From Cycas panzhihuaensis (lineage: Eukaryota; Plantae; Cycadophyta), in assembly GCA_023213395.1 (NCBI GenBank), contig CM041465.1, positions 184,209,741-184,273,740 of the forward strand: a stretch of 64,000 nucleotides of DNA, written 5' to 3'. Of the stretch, positions 37,885-50,525 are shown piece after piece (within the stretch, counting starts at the first letter, position 1; each line of letters begins with the position of its first letter). A model generated the notes under the pieces. It searched no databases. It was not told the origin of the DNA and saw nothing but the letters and a program-made list of their open reading frames with translations. A program made the position numbers and the translations under genes.

Positions 37885-40280
37885 TGTTGGAAATCAACCT
37901 ACACAAATAATATTCGCAAACAGAACGAAACACACCTCCACAGGATCGAACGGTACCCTTAAGGTACCTCCATTGTATTAAGAAAATATCATTACAACAT
38001 TGTTACCATATGATACACAAAATTGTGTATTTATAATATAAGTCATTATGGAAGAGTAGGACCCACTTGCATGTGGGACAAATCAAATATACATTAATAT
38101 TCTAACACTCCCCCTTAATGTATTTTTGGGTCATTTGTATTTGCAACGCTTTGTCCTTGGAAATGTCTTGAGAATGATGTCTTCAACTTGATCCTTGTTT
38201 TCAATCTTGTAGTGATGTCTTTGCTGCAAATGATGTCTTCATCTTGATTTTTGTCTTCAATTTTGTATTGATGCCTTTGTAAGATAATATCTTCAGCTTA
38301 ATTTCCATCTTCAATTTTGTAGTGATGACGTTGATGTAGCTGCTCTAGTAAGTATAAATCTTGTTTCCTTATTGCAGTTGGTCTAGTCTGATGAAGATCC
38401 TGTAAGTAACCATCTTTAATCACAACTTGTGTATCATCATTATCTTGTGTAAACTCTTGATCACCATGAACAACAGTAAAGATTACCATTACACCAGTGA
38501 ATTCTTTAATCTTAAGAGTGGAATCTTGCATACTCTTTGAACTTGAATCAGTGCCTAAAGAAGGAACATCATCAATATAAGACTCATCCTTTATAGGATC
38601 ATTAGATTTAATTTCTCTTGAAATCAATTCATCACTTTCAATGTCTTCATCTGTAATCTCATCAATGCATTCAACAGTAGAAGTTTCGTAAGTGCTCAGA
38701 CATTTTTCATCTTGACATGGTGTTTTATCAGTGTTGATGATACTTTCTTCATTCGTTGTACCTGTACCCTAACTAGCCTTAATTGCTTTTTCAATCATTC
38801 GTTGTGTTTCTTCAGGATTTTGTTCAAATACTTTCCTTAGAAAATCCCAAGCTTCTCTAGCATTACTTGCATGTAGAATCATAGGAATAACAAAATGGAA
38901 TTTGGAAGGAAGATCAACCTCATTGAATGCAGCACAAATCATAATGAATGCTTTTCTATCTTTCTTCTCAAGCATTTCCTTTTCTTCTTCATCATTAGGG
39001 ATATCATATTCATTAGTAACAATTTTTCACAAACCTCTAGCTATGAATAGACATCTCATTTTAATTGTCCAAAAGAAGTAGTCTTCACCATTGCACTTAG
39101 GTACTGGAAGAAACGAATCCCTTAAGTAATATTCATTTGTTTCAGGAGCATATATAACTACATCATTATCCTCCATGATTGTAAATGCCATGTCCATATG
39201 CCACATCCCTTTTTTCAATCAATAAACTCACTTATCAGTGGTAACTTGCCTATTGATCACTCTCAACAAATTTCCTCATGTCTCATATCTCACATCGTTG
39301 ACTTTATCATCACATCATTGCCTTATCCATTGCTAAACAATCACATAGAATCCAAACACTCACTTTACCAAACCAATGCCTCATAAATCTCACAATGATC
39401 AAGACACACACACTCCAAACATGACTCATGTAACTTCAACAAAAACTCATCATTCTTTGCCTGTTCACATCATGAAATGTCTTCCTTAACTCACCCAACA
39501 AAGTGTCCAATCTTGTCATGTAACCTCACAAGTTACAAGGTTCATAATTGCCTTATATTGCCAAGTCATCACTTCATTAACTCTCTCTTGCAAACACATA
39601 CAACGGAAACAATAGACGTCTCTTCTCACTATTAAATCATCTTATGCATACCTCTTATAAGGACCATACTCACCTCATCATATATCCACAACAAGTCTCA
39701 CGTTAATAGAGTGCGAAATATGAGTTAATGTCATCTCACATGCCCAAGGTACTCTCCCATGCGAAATGCATACAAGAAAGCCTCAATAGTCACCTCATCA
39801 ATACCTCATATCATCAAAGTACTCTCATACAATCGCATACCAATGAATGATGAAAAACCTCAAACTTTGTCTCATGTCACCATGTCAACACATCAAACCA
39901 AGAACTTACTTCAAAAACCACTCACTCATATCGCCATTAACTCAATGCCAAAGATTGCTCCCTTGTAACAATAGCTCGCTTGCAAATCAATCATTACCTT
40001 GATTGCAATGCCCTCTTATTACCCTTTTCTTGCCCTTGTCATGCCCTCAATTTTGCCCGTCGAATTGATTAAAGAATACACCATAAAAATATGTCAAATC
40101 TTGCCCTTAAATGTGTTCAACAAATGCCCAAACTTGAGATGTAACCCCAATAGCACTCAAACGTTGCCTCTCAAGCACACCTCATGTCATGCAAAGAACT
40201 TTACATCATCAATCACCCATCATATCACCATAAACTTAATTGCAAGTATATTGGGTCCGCATCGCAAACACATTAATGGG

Positions 40281-40337
<57 letters not shown>

Positions 40338-42076
40338 ATGCATCTCGGGTGAATGACAATAAAATATTTCAATGGCGGGCGACTTTAACATTGACGTTGA
40401 ATTTAATGATAAAGCAAATTGAATATTATATGAGCTGCGACTTTGATTAAATAAAGAAAATGCCACTTTACATCAAACAGAAGCATTGAAATTATCAAAC
40501 CGTCATAGGCGAAAGCAACAAGGCACAGGCAACTTAATAGATGGCAACTGTAGATATTAAAATGATGGCGCCATTAACCAAATATCGACGACGAGCTGCA
40601 ACTGCAACATGATCACGTGAGGGCGACAAAATATAAAGACACAGGAATCATTATTCACGAGTGAGTGCAGTATATGTAGAGACGGTGGCTGCAATTAACA
40701 TTATTCAACATAGAAAATGGTGGGCACATTACAGTCACGCAGAGGGTGATCAATATTAAAGTTTCACGACTTAAATATCTTAATTGGGCATTCGAGCATT
40801 TAAAAAAAAAAACTTTGCGCATGTATATGCTTTGACTTAGGGTGAATCAACGGTTGTAGATGCGATTAAAATCGCACAAGTTGCAACAACATACACACGG
40901 CGGCGATATGAAGAATTATTAATCGAAAATGATTAATATGCAAACAGATATCATCAGTGGTTGAGTAAGAGGAATCAATACGCAAACAGTGATAAAAAAT
41001 CATCACACGGGCGACCAGAATTATAACCACGTGGTTCTAAAATTCATTAAAGGAGATTTCAACAACAGAAATGTACGTTTGCATACTATACACAAAGGGC
41101 GACTTAAATGATGATTGTGCACGATTGAATGACTGCATATTGGTGGTAATTTTATTATGCAAATATGCGTATAGGCGACGCAGATGATTACGTATCACGC
41201 TAGCGAGCAGATAATAGCACATGGGTGAAGATATAAATCGTATGAAATGTAAAGAGCGCCAAATAACGCAGAGTTAAACAGAGGGCGAACAACGAGTTAA
41301 TGCCAACGACTAATTAAATACACAAACACCATTTATGCAGGGTAAAGAATACAATACGTAGGTTGAAATATTATCATTACACATCAATAGCATAATAAAT
41401 CTGACGGTCTGTATGTGGAACCCCAAACGACAAAAATATTAATGGCATAAGTTCAACACCAACCATGGCACAAGCATGAGTAGAGTATTTCAACTGTTAC
41501 AGTGGAGTCATCGACAAAACCAGAAAATGAAGAACGACACTGGATGAAATAAGAGATAGCGGATGGCAAATATCACACGAACAACAAGTATTGAACATAC
41601 CTTTAAAATGACCGTATTATGACTTCACGGTTCTACAACTAGGGTTTGCATTCTTCCAGAGGCTCAATCGAGGGCTGATAACATCTCCAGGGCATACAAA
41701 TGGAAACGGGCATGAACAGCTCTACGGAACCACCTTCACACACACCAGAATTAGGGTTTCACCACACATCAGAATTAGGGTTTCACCAATCAATGTTTCA
41801 CGTTACTCAAGCTCGCTTAACTTGGCTCTGACTTCACCTTAGCTCTCATAACATGTTGGAAATCAACCTGCACAAATAATATTCGTAAACAGAATGAAAC
41901 ACACCTCCACAGGATCTAATGGTACCCATAAGGTACCTCCATTGTATTAAGAAAATATCATTACAACATTGTTACCATATGATACACAAAATTGTGTATT
42001 TATAATATAAGTCATTATGGAAGAGTAGGACCCACTTGCATGTGGGACAAATCAAATGTACATTAATATTCTAATA
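37885..42076 (-). mobile_element. Element F: non-autonomous Gag-only element (223-bp LTRs 37885-38107 and 41854-42076) inserted into the 3' LTR of G
   Basis: TSD gaaac/gaaat; degenerate PBS; PPT aggggga; gag fragments 39027-39218, 38769-38975 and 38298-38627; (AT)n at 40283-40332; about 8 LTR mismatches by eye. Confidence 0.93.
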
Positions 42077-42893
42077 GAAATGCCCTACGACTGTATCGCG
42101 GCCTAATGACCACGAACATCTTTTAGCTGCCCAATGGGGCAATAGGCTACTCCCCTGGGACCCCCAACAATTTTTGTACCCGGCGCAATGCTCGTCGTAA
42201 AGAAAATTTTACACATCAACTGTACAGTCATCATGTTGGAAACCAAAATTGGCTTCACATCCAACATTCTCCTATTTGAAGTCAATTATGAATTATGCTA
42301 CTATCTATCCTGTTATATGTAGTCCCAGTGAAGTTCTGCACGAGATAAACTTCTCCCTTCCAATCAGCTTTGTCAACATGTCTGCTAGGTTGTCATTAGT
42401 ATGGATCTTCTGCATTGAGACTTGTCCTTCCACTACAATGTCATGTACAAAATGATATTGCACATCTATGTGTTTTGTCCTGGCTTGAAATGTTGGGTTT
42501 ATTGCTAAGTGCAAGGCACTTTGATTGTCGCAATGTAAAACAATTGTGTCTAGTTTGACTTGTAGTTCTCTAAATAATTTGTCCAGCCATATCACTTCCT
42601 TACAGGATTTTGTTGTTGCCATATATTTTGCTTGTGTAGTAGATAATGCCACCACAGGCTACAATTTTGATATTCAGTTGATTGCTTCACCTGTAAGTGA
42701 ACACATATCCTGTAATGGACTTATGCCTGTCTCTATTGCCAACAAAATCTGAATCTACAAACCTTGTCACTTGAAGATTTTCCGAACTATAACAGATAAC
42801 GGCATGTGAAGTACCCTTCAAATAACGAAGGATCCACTTCATAACAGTCCATGAACCAATTGACAACTCCCATTGCTTGGGCAATGTTCGGTC

Positions 42894-43305
42894 TATAGGA
42901 ATGAGTGGATAAGAGGAGGAGACATGTCATAAATCACATGTAAGAAGATATAAGAAATGACAATATGACAAATGACTTGCAACTCTCTAAATCTCATTCT
43001 ATTAGAAAACATAATAGAGTACATAATATATAGATTACATATGTACCAAATATAGGAATTATTTTTAATGATATTATAATGGTTAATTAACTACTCCCTC
43101 AAAATATGGTAGGCTATCAACTACCACATTAAATGGTTCAACCATCTTTGACTCCTACTAACCAACACATTAATGACTTTGATTAAAAATATTCAATTGA
43201 GAATATTCTCTCACTTAGAATGTTCCATGTGAGGAAATATTCTAATTACATGAAATGATATGAATTTAAATGAACATGTAATGGGAATGTATATTATTTC
43301 CAACA
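42894..43305 (-). mobile_element. Solo LTR H (related to the C-family LTR) inserted in the RT of G
   Basis: Splits the VCTRP|DIAQ-like motif; degenerate TSD cggtc/cagtt; shares gaatgag..ataag, ttccatgtgag and ggaatgt..attatttc.aaca with the C LTR. Confidence 0.8.
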
Positions 43306-46300
43306 CAGTTTGGTACACACCATGGCAAACATTAGGCTACCTACTATTGATGAGTACAGTACATGAGACATTTGTACCTTTTCTACTTTGTTACTAGGAC
43401 TCTGATTCGAAGACAACTTCATGTGTGCAGGAAATGGGGTACTAATTGGTTGAGCATTTTGCATGTTGAAGCGTTGTAGAACCTTTTTCACATATGTCTT
43501 TTGCGTAAGCTAGATCTTCCTACACTTCTTATCTCTATGTATCCTCATGCCAAGAATCTGATTTGCAACACCTAAATCCTTCACTTCAAACGTCTCAGCC
43601 AACTGAGCCTTAAGTTTGACAATTTTGTCCATGTTGAGGCTTGCAACCAACATGTCGTCAACGTACAACAACAAAATGATGAAACTATCATCATCATATC
43701 TTTTAAAGTCAGCTTCGCATTTGCTAAATCCCAGACTCATCATGAATGAATCAAACCGTTTATACCAACATCTTGGCGCTTGTTTGAGACTATGCAACAA
43801 TTTGTTCAACCTGCATACAAGATTCTCTTTGCGTCTTATCATAAAAACTTTTGTTTGCTCCATATAAATCTCCTCATTGAGGTTACCATGCAAAAAGGTT
43901 GTCTTCAATTCAAGGTGAAGGGAAGCAACCAAACCCAACACAACTCTAACAGTACTGGCACGTACAATTGGGGAAAAGATCTTATCAAAATCTATACTTG
44001 ATTTTTATGTATACCTCTTAGCCACCAATCGAGCTCTATGTCGTTCAACCGCACCATTAACATCCCTTTTCAGCTTAAAGACCCAACGATTTCTTATGGC
44101 CTTGCGACCTACGGGTAATTCCATAAGCTCCCATGTGCTATTTTTACTTAGGGCCTTCATTTCCTCCTCAATGACAATCCCTCATTTGCTTGCATCTTCA
44201 ACCTCACAATCTTTCTGAAATGAGCTAGGCTTACCAACATCAACAACTAATGTAATAGTTGAATGTACATCAGGAGTATACCTTTCGGGTGGCTTGGATA
44301 TTCTAGTGGATTTCCTAACCCAATGAGATGCATCAATTTGTGGCTGCTCAGGTTGGCGTTCTTCCTGTTTATTTACGATATTCTACTGTTTAGGTTCTTG
44401 ATTTTCATCTTTTTCCACAGCATCATCTTCCACTTTTATTGCCTTAGTAGGTACAACAACTATTGTTTGTTGTTCTTCAACTTTCTACATGGATTTCTCA
44501 TTAAATACCACATCTTGGCTAATGATAAGCTTGCGGGCAGCAGTATCCCACAACTTGTACCCTTTTGTTCCATCACCATAGCCAAGAAAAAATACACTTC
44601 TTGGACTTTGTGTCCAACTTGGACCTTTGTTCCTTTAAGACATGGGCATAAGCATCACAACCAAAGACAACCAAATGGGAATAATTAATAGGTTTTCCTA
44701 TCCATACCTCTTCAAGAATCTTCCCATCTAGAGCTGTAGTGGGTGACTTAAGCAATTGTATTTACAGTCTTGGCTCAAAATTCTTGCCCCAAACCAACAG
44801 GGCTGAGAATACACCTGGGATGCTCCATAATGGTACGATTCATCCTCTCAGCTACCCCATTTTGCTGTGGAGTACCTGGAACTATTTTCTACCTAGTTAT
44901 TCCATACTCACTGTAAAATTGATCAAATTCCTTCGAGCAAAACTCTGCCCCATTGTCTGTCCAGAGACACTTAATGCTCTTACCGATCTGCTTCTCTATA
45001 GGAGTTTTTTGTCTCTTAAAACAAATAAAGGCATCTGACTTCTTCTTGACAAGAGACACCCATACTTCGCGAGAGTAGTTATCAATGAATGACACGAAAT
45101 ATAGTGGTCCTCCTAATGAAACTACGGTTGCAGGTCCAAAACAGTCTGAATGTAACAATTGCAAAAAATTTGAACTTCTAATAGCGCATCTAGCAAACTA
45201 GAGCCTATTATGTTTTCCAAACAGACAATGTTCACAAAAATTGAGATTAGGAGATTTTAAACTTGACAAAAGGTTTCTACGGAGTAGTATCTTTAGTCCT
45301 CTCTTGCTCATGTGGCCCAGGCATTGATGCCACAAAGTTAATGAATCTATGGCACCTATTGTTGCCATTGTAGCCTCCCCGATTATAGTCTCTCCAATCA
45401 GCTTATATAGATTGTGTTTACATCTCTTGGCCTTCATCACTACTGGAGTCCCCTTACATACCTTTAAACAACCTTTCTCACCGCTATATTTATAGTCCAA
45501 CTCGTCAAACTCACCCAAAGACGCAACAAGCTCTTCTTAAGCCCTGGAACATGGCGAACTCTTTGAATGGTACAAACAATTCCATTGTACATCTTCAACT
45601 TGACTTCTCCTTCTCCTATAACCTTGCATGAGTTATCATTGCCCATGTAGATTGTGCCTTCATCACATGACTAGTATGAGGAGAACCAGTCCCTGTGCGG
45701 TGTCATATGGAATGAAGCCCCTGAGTCCAATAGCCATATGTGCAGCAATTGTTCTCGAGAGTTTGCTGAAAGCACTTCACCGTCTACCTGTGATCTTGAA
45801 TTTTTCAACTATGTTTGCATCTAAGCTCTATGAATTGGTTTTTCCTGCTTCTGTTTTCAATAGCCTGCAGTCCTTGTTGAGATGTTAGAATTTCCCATAA
45901 TGCCAACATTTCCTCCTTTTTTGCTTCTTGGACTTCGACTTGGAATGAGATCTACTCGATTGATTTCTTTCTGTGGTCTTGCCCCTTACAAATAGGGCAT
46001 CAGTAGAAGACCCACTTTGAGATGTCTTCTGCCTCGATTCCTCTTCCAACAATGCGGCCACCACATTGTCGTAAACGAGGGTCCTGAAAGGATTTGCATT
46101 GCTGAGTGTCATCACCAGTTGGTCCCATGAGTCCAGTAGTAAACAAAGTAGGGTTGCAGCCCTATCTTCCTTCTTGTTCTTCACTTCCACTGAACTTAGC
46201 TTGTTAATTAGTGTGTTGAACTCGTTTAGATGGTCTGCAACTAGCGTTCAATCCTTCATTCTCATATTGTACAACTATCTTCGCAGAAAAATCCTATTTG

Positions 46301-49213
46301 ATAATGACTTCGTTTCATACAGCTTGTTTAGTTTATCCCAAAGCTTCTTTGTTGTTGTCTTCTCTGCTACATTGAACATAACTAAATTGGCTAGGGATAG
46401 ATGAATATTTGCGCTAGCTTTTACGTCCATAACGTTCCAGTCTTCTATAAACACTACTGTTGGTTTGGTTGTCACACCCTTAAGGGCTAGAGCACAACTA
46501 TTTTTAACCAACATCACTTGGATCTTCAGTTTCCATAGAGCAAAGTTTGACCTATTGAACTTCTCTTATCTCAAATCTGGTCACACTCATTTTTCAGCTT
46601 CTTGCTATCGTGTGCACAACTGTTAGAGAAACAAACCCTTGACTGTGATACCAACTAAAAGAGAAAAATAACAATGACAATGCACAAACACTAAATAAGT
46701 AATGAAGCCAAGAGAGAGTACAAGAGAACAACACAGATTTTTACATGGAAAACCTTGACAGAGTGCCAAGGTAAAAAACCACTAGGCAAAGGTCTCTCCT
46801 TCATTAGCAGCAAGATCAAAAGTACTATTTTTTTTTTTGTTCATCTCATAGATACAACAACTTTGTCAAACTTACATAAGAAAAACACCAACTCCAAAAC
46901 AATGCCAAAAAGCTGTGCTAAAAACCACGCAAAAAAGTTGCACCAAAAAAGAAAAAAGCAACGTTTTGTTCTGTGTCGCAATCTAACGATTGCAAGCAGC
47001 TTTTAGTTGTCCAAGGGGGCAATAGCTTGACCCCTTGGGAGCCCATAGCAAATTTTGCGCTCGATGTAACGCTCAGCCTGAGGAGAATTTTACACATCAG
47101 TTGTAAAGTCATTAGGTTGGAAACCAAAATTGGCTTCACATCCAACAGTTTTTTCTTAGAAACTTAGCTGAAATTGTCTTGAGCATTCTTCCTTTTTTTG
47201 AAAAACCAGAACATTGCCCAAAACTTGTTTAGAGTTAGCATTGAATGTACTTGCATGTTTTGCTACAAATCCTTTATCCAACTCCACACCTCACTTCACT
47301 TTTCCTTAAATAATATGTGTAGGACCACACGAAAGGTCATGGGTTATGATGTGATACCCAATGAAGTGAAAGAGTCAAGGGTTGTCTTAAGAGGCATGAC
47401 ATATGGCTATAAATGGGCCCCAAAGCCATCGTTTATATCTACAAGTTCTTCCATCTTCTTCTTGCTTTCTTCTTAAGAAGGAATTGTGTAGTTTGGAGTA
47501 TCTCTTACTCAAAGTGGGCTAGTTATCTCACCCTCACCTTGTTGTAGTAAGCATTTGAGGAACATCTATAAGAATTATTATCTAATATTAATTTGTTATT
47601 GCATTTAATTTCAATGTATGAGAATCTTCCGCAATTCTTAATTATTCTTGTAGGTATATTATTGTTTTCATTGGTTTTGTTTGCTAATTTGTAAGAAAAA
47701 ATGCACTAATTCACCCTTGAGGGTCGCTTAATAGTTGTCTAGAATGACCCTAAAACATTTGTAGAATTTGTTGCAAGTGTTGTTTGTTGGTGGTTTATTG
47801 TGGGTTATTGGTAAAGGCAATAATTCTCAATCGATGCATACTATTCATATGCATTTATTCAATCATTATTTTGAACATGCATCAACAAGGGCTAGAGGTA
47901 TCTTACTTTGTTGTGGTAAGATTTTGAGAACATTTGTAAGAAACATTATTTAATATAATTTATTATTGAGTTTAATCTCGACATGTGATGATCTTTATCA
48001 ATTCTTATTTATTTGTATCTTGCAAGTATTATTGCTTTCATTTGGTAGTTTGGAAGAAAACGATATGAATCAACTTGTAAGGGTTACCCTATGTGATATT
48101 AGAGACATCTTCACACAATTGTGGAAATAGGGCCAAGACTTATTAGAAGAAAACTCTTACCTAAAGAGCACCATTCACTTAAGGCTAGGATGTATTGTTT
48201 ATGTGTTTTTTTGTTGACGTAGGCTTTTAATTGCGATATTGCTAACATTAACAATGGGAGAGGTCAAGAAGAAAAAAGATGTAGCAATAATTAAAGCAAC
48301 TTGCGATCTTTTGAATGATCTTTAGAATTCAATGTAAACAATGCGCAATAGTCTAATCTAGCACTTTTAAAGCATGGGGTTCCAAGGATTGCGAGGGCAA
48401 GATAGGCATCAAGAATAGGATTAGGAGATGGAATAGGCCAAGGAACATGACAAGTATAGGGCTTAGATAAGAAACATGACAATTACTACTATTTCATAAA
48501 AATTGTTGTAAGATAGTTCTACCAAAATTGGCATGGAAAAAACCTTAGATGCTAGAACATGGGTAAGAAAAAGGGGACAAGGCTTCATCCTTAACCCTTC
48601 ACCGGGAAATGAATGCATAGTCTAGGCTATATTACACATGGAAGGAGTAATGCTTAATTGGTATGGATTGTAGCTAAATGAATTTGCCTCATTTGTTGTG
48701 ACATGGCAAACATTTGTAACAAATGGGAAAATGACTGTTTTAGTGAATTGATGAAAAATTTACTAATTAGCATAATAGTTGAATACGTTAGTCAATACTA
48801 GAATTTTGCAACTCATGTGCGAAGCATTTCAAAGAAGGAAATGATAGATTAGTGGACTAAGAGAAGGTATAAAATGGGAACTTAAATTATTTGAACCCAA
48901 CAAAATTACAGATGCAATGGAGAGGCCTTGATGTCTTGAAGTCATGAATAATTTCAAAGGCAGTATAGGTGGGTGGCAGAGAAGCCCATATGTACTATTA
49001 AATAGAAATATAAATAGCATTGATCTCCATAAATAAGTAATTCTTGTGTAGAGTCAATTCAAAAAGATAACAAAAAAAAAAGATTGTCGACCATAGAGCT
49101 TAAGGGGACATTTTACTAGTGCAATTAGAAATGTGATAGAGAGCATGTATGTGTGGAAAAGAGATTATATTTAATTGATGTTAGAAAAGATATGCAAGAG
49201 ATTGGGTGAGTTT

Positions 49214-49738
49214 TGTTAGAACCTTCATTCCTAAGCATTATGGGTATTAGTATTTTTGTCACTTTAGGCCTTTTATCCTAAAGTGTTCATTTGTTTGATT
49301 ATAAAATTGTCTTTTGTCTTGTAGTGACTTTTCTCACATGTGCTTGTGAGAGGTCAACTTTTGTGGGCTCTATCCTTATCCTTGGAGATAGAAGAGTCCT
49401 AATCAGATTTGTCTTTTAGTCTTGATCAGTGACATGTGGAGAGATCTTGATTGTCCAAACTCTTTTATAAGGAGCCCTATTTTCATGTTTTGGCATGTAG
49501 CATTTTGAGTAAGAGTTATGCTACTGTAAGTGCCTCTTGTAGGTGAAGTGTTGAGATGAATTCTCTTTCATACTTGTGTTTATGATAGGTTGAGTTAAAG
49601 TGCAATACTCCTCCCTATTATCTTTTGTGTTGTACTGCATCATTTCATTAATCTAAGTGTATAGCCCTTCATATTTCGATGTCCTCTCTAGCTTCTCAAT
49701 AGATTCTGGCACCTGTATCTCCTCCATTTCGTCTTTCA
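49214..49738. mobile_element. Solo LTR J inserted between gag and protease of I
   Basis: tgtta...ttca termini; TSD agttt at 49209-13 and 49739-43. Confidence 0.75.
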
Positions 49739-50260
49739 AGTTTGAAGCCACATTCATTGAGAATGCAGAAGAGGACGCTCCACCAACAATATCCTTACTA
49801 GCAATATTAGGAATTGCCCCTCCATAGACCCTCAAGATTTAAGGCTTCGCTAAAGGAGTCACATTTGTATTCTTCATAGACTCAGGGAACACACACAATT
49901 TTATAAATGAGGAATTTGTGGAGAGCCTCAATTTGTTCATATACCCACAAAAGACATTTCAAGTAATGATATTAGATGGGTATCTATTCATTGCAAAAGG
50001 AAATGCTACAATGTCAAGTTAACCAAGGGCAACTGTATCCTTGACTCACCCATGTATGCAAATACCAATCAGAGGAGTTATGTCATTATTGGAGCATAAT
50101 GACGTAGAACACTTGGGTTTTTGCTATGAACTTGGAAAAATAGTTCATAAGATCTAGGTTAGATGGGAGACAATACCAAGTACAAGGGGTCTTTCCTTTA
50201 CCAAGTCAACTAGTGGGTGCCATATAGAATAAAAAAGATGTTATAATAGGGATACTTGGG

Positions 50261-50525
50261 AATGATTGCTAGATGTTGTGCTATGGAGGCTATACTTGAA
50301 GAGTTGCAATAGACACAAGAAATGTAGATGATTACGAACAGGTATGCTAATGTGTTTCAGGATTTGCTAGTTAGACTTCTACCAGATGATCAGAATGAGT
50401 GCTAGATGTTGTGCTATGGAGGATATACTTGAAGTGTCAACAAACACAAGAAATGTAGGCGATTATGGAGAGGTATGCTAATGTGTTTCAAGATCTGTTA
50501 GTAGGACTTTTACTGGATGATTAAG
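50261..50525 (+). repeat. 133-bp tandem duplication in the pol region of I
   Basis: tgctagatgttgtgctatggagg.tatacttgaag..acacaagaaatgtag..ggtatgctaatgtgtttca at 50267 and 50400. Confidence 0.88.

Larger units (their letters stand above)
37553..47147 (-). mobile_element. Element G: Tnt1/Tork-like Copia, decayed; 5' LTR 46656-47147; 3' LTR split (37553-37884 plus 42082-42266)
   Basis: TSD gtttt on both sides; PBS reverse complement at ~46644-46653; gag (KLYETKSLSN), HSDCFGP, LYVDDML, LRYLKGT, ALSTTQAKY and KHIDVQYHF. Confidence 0.93.
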
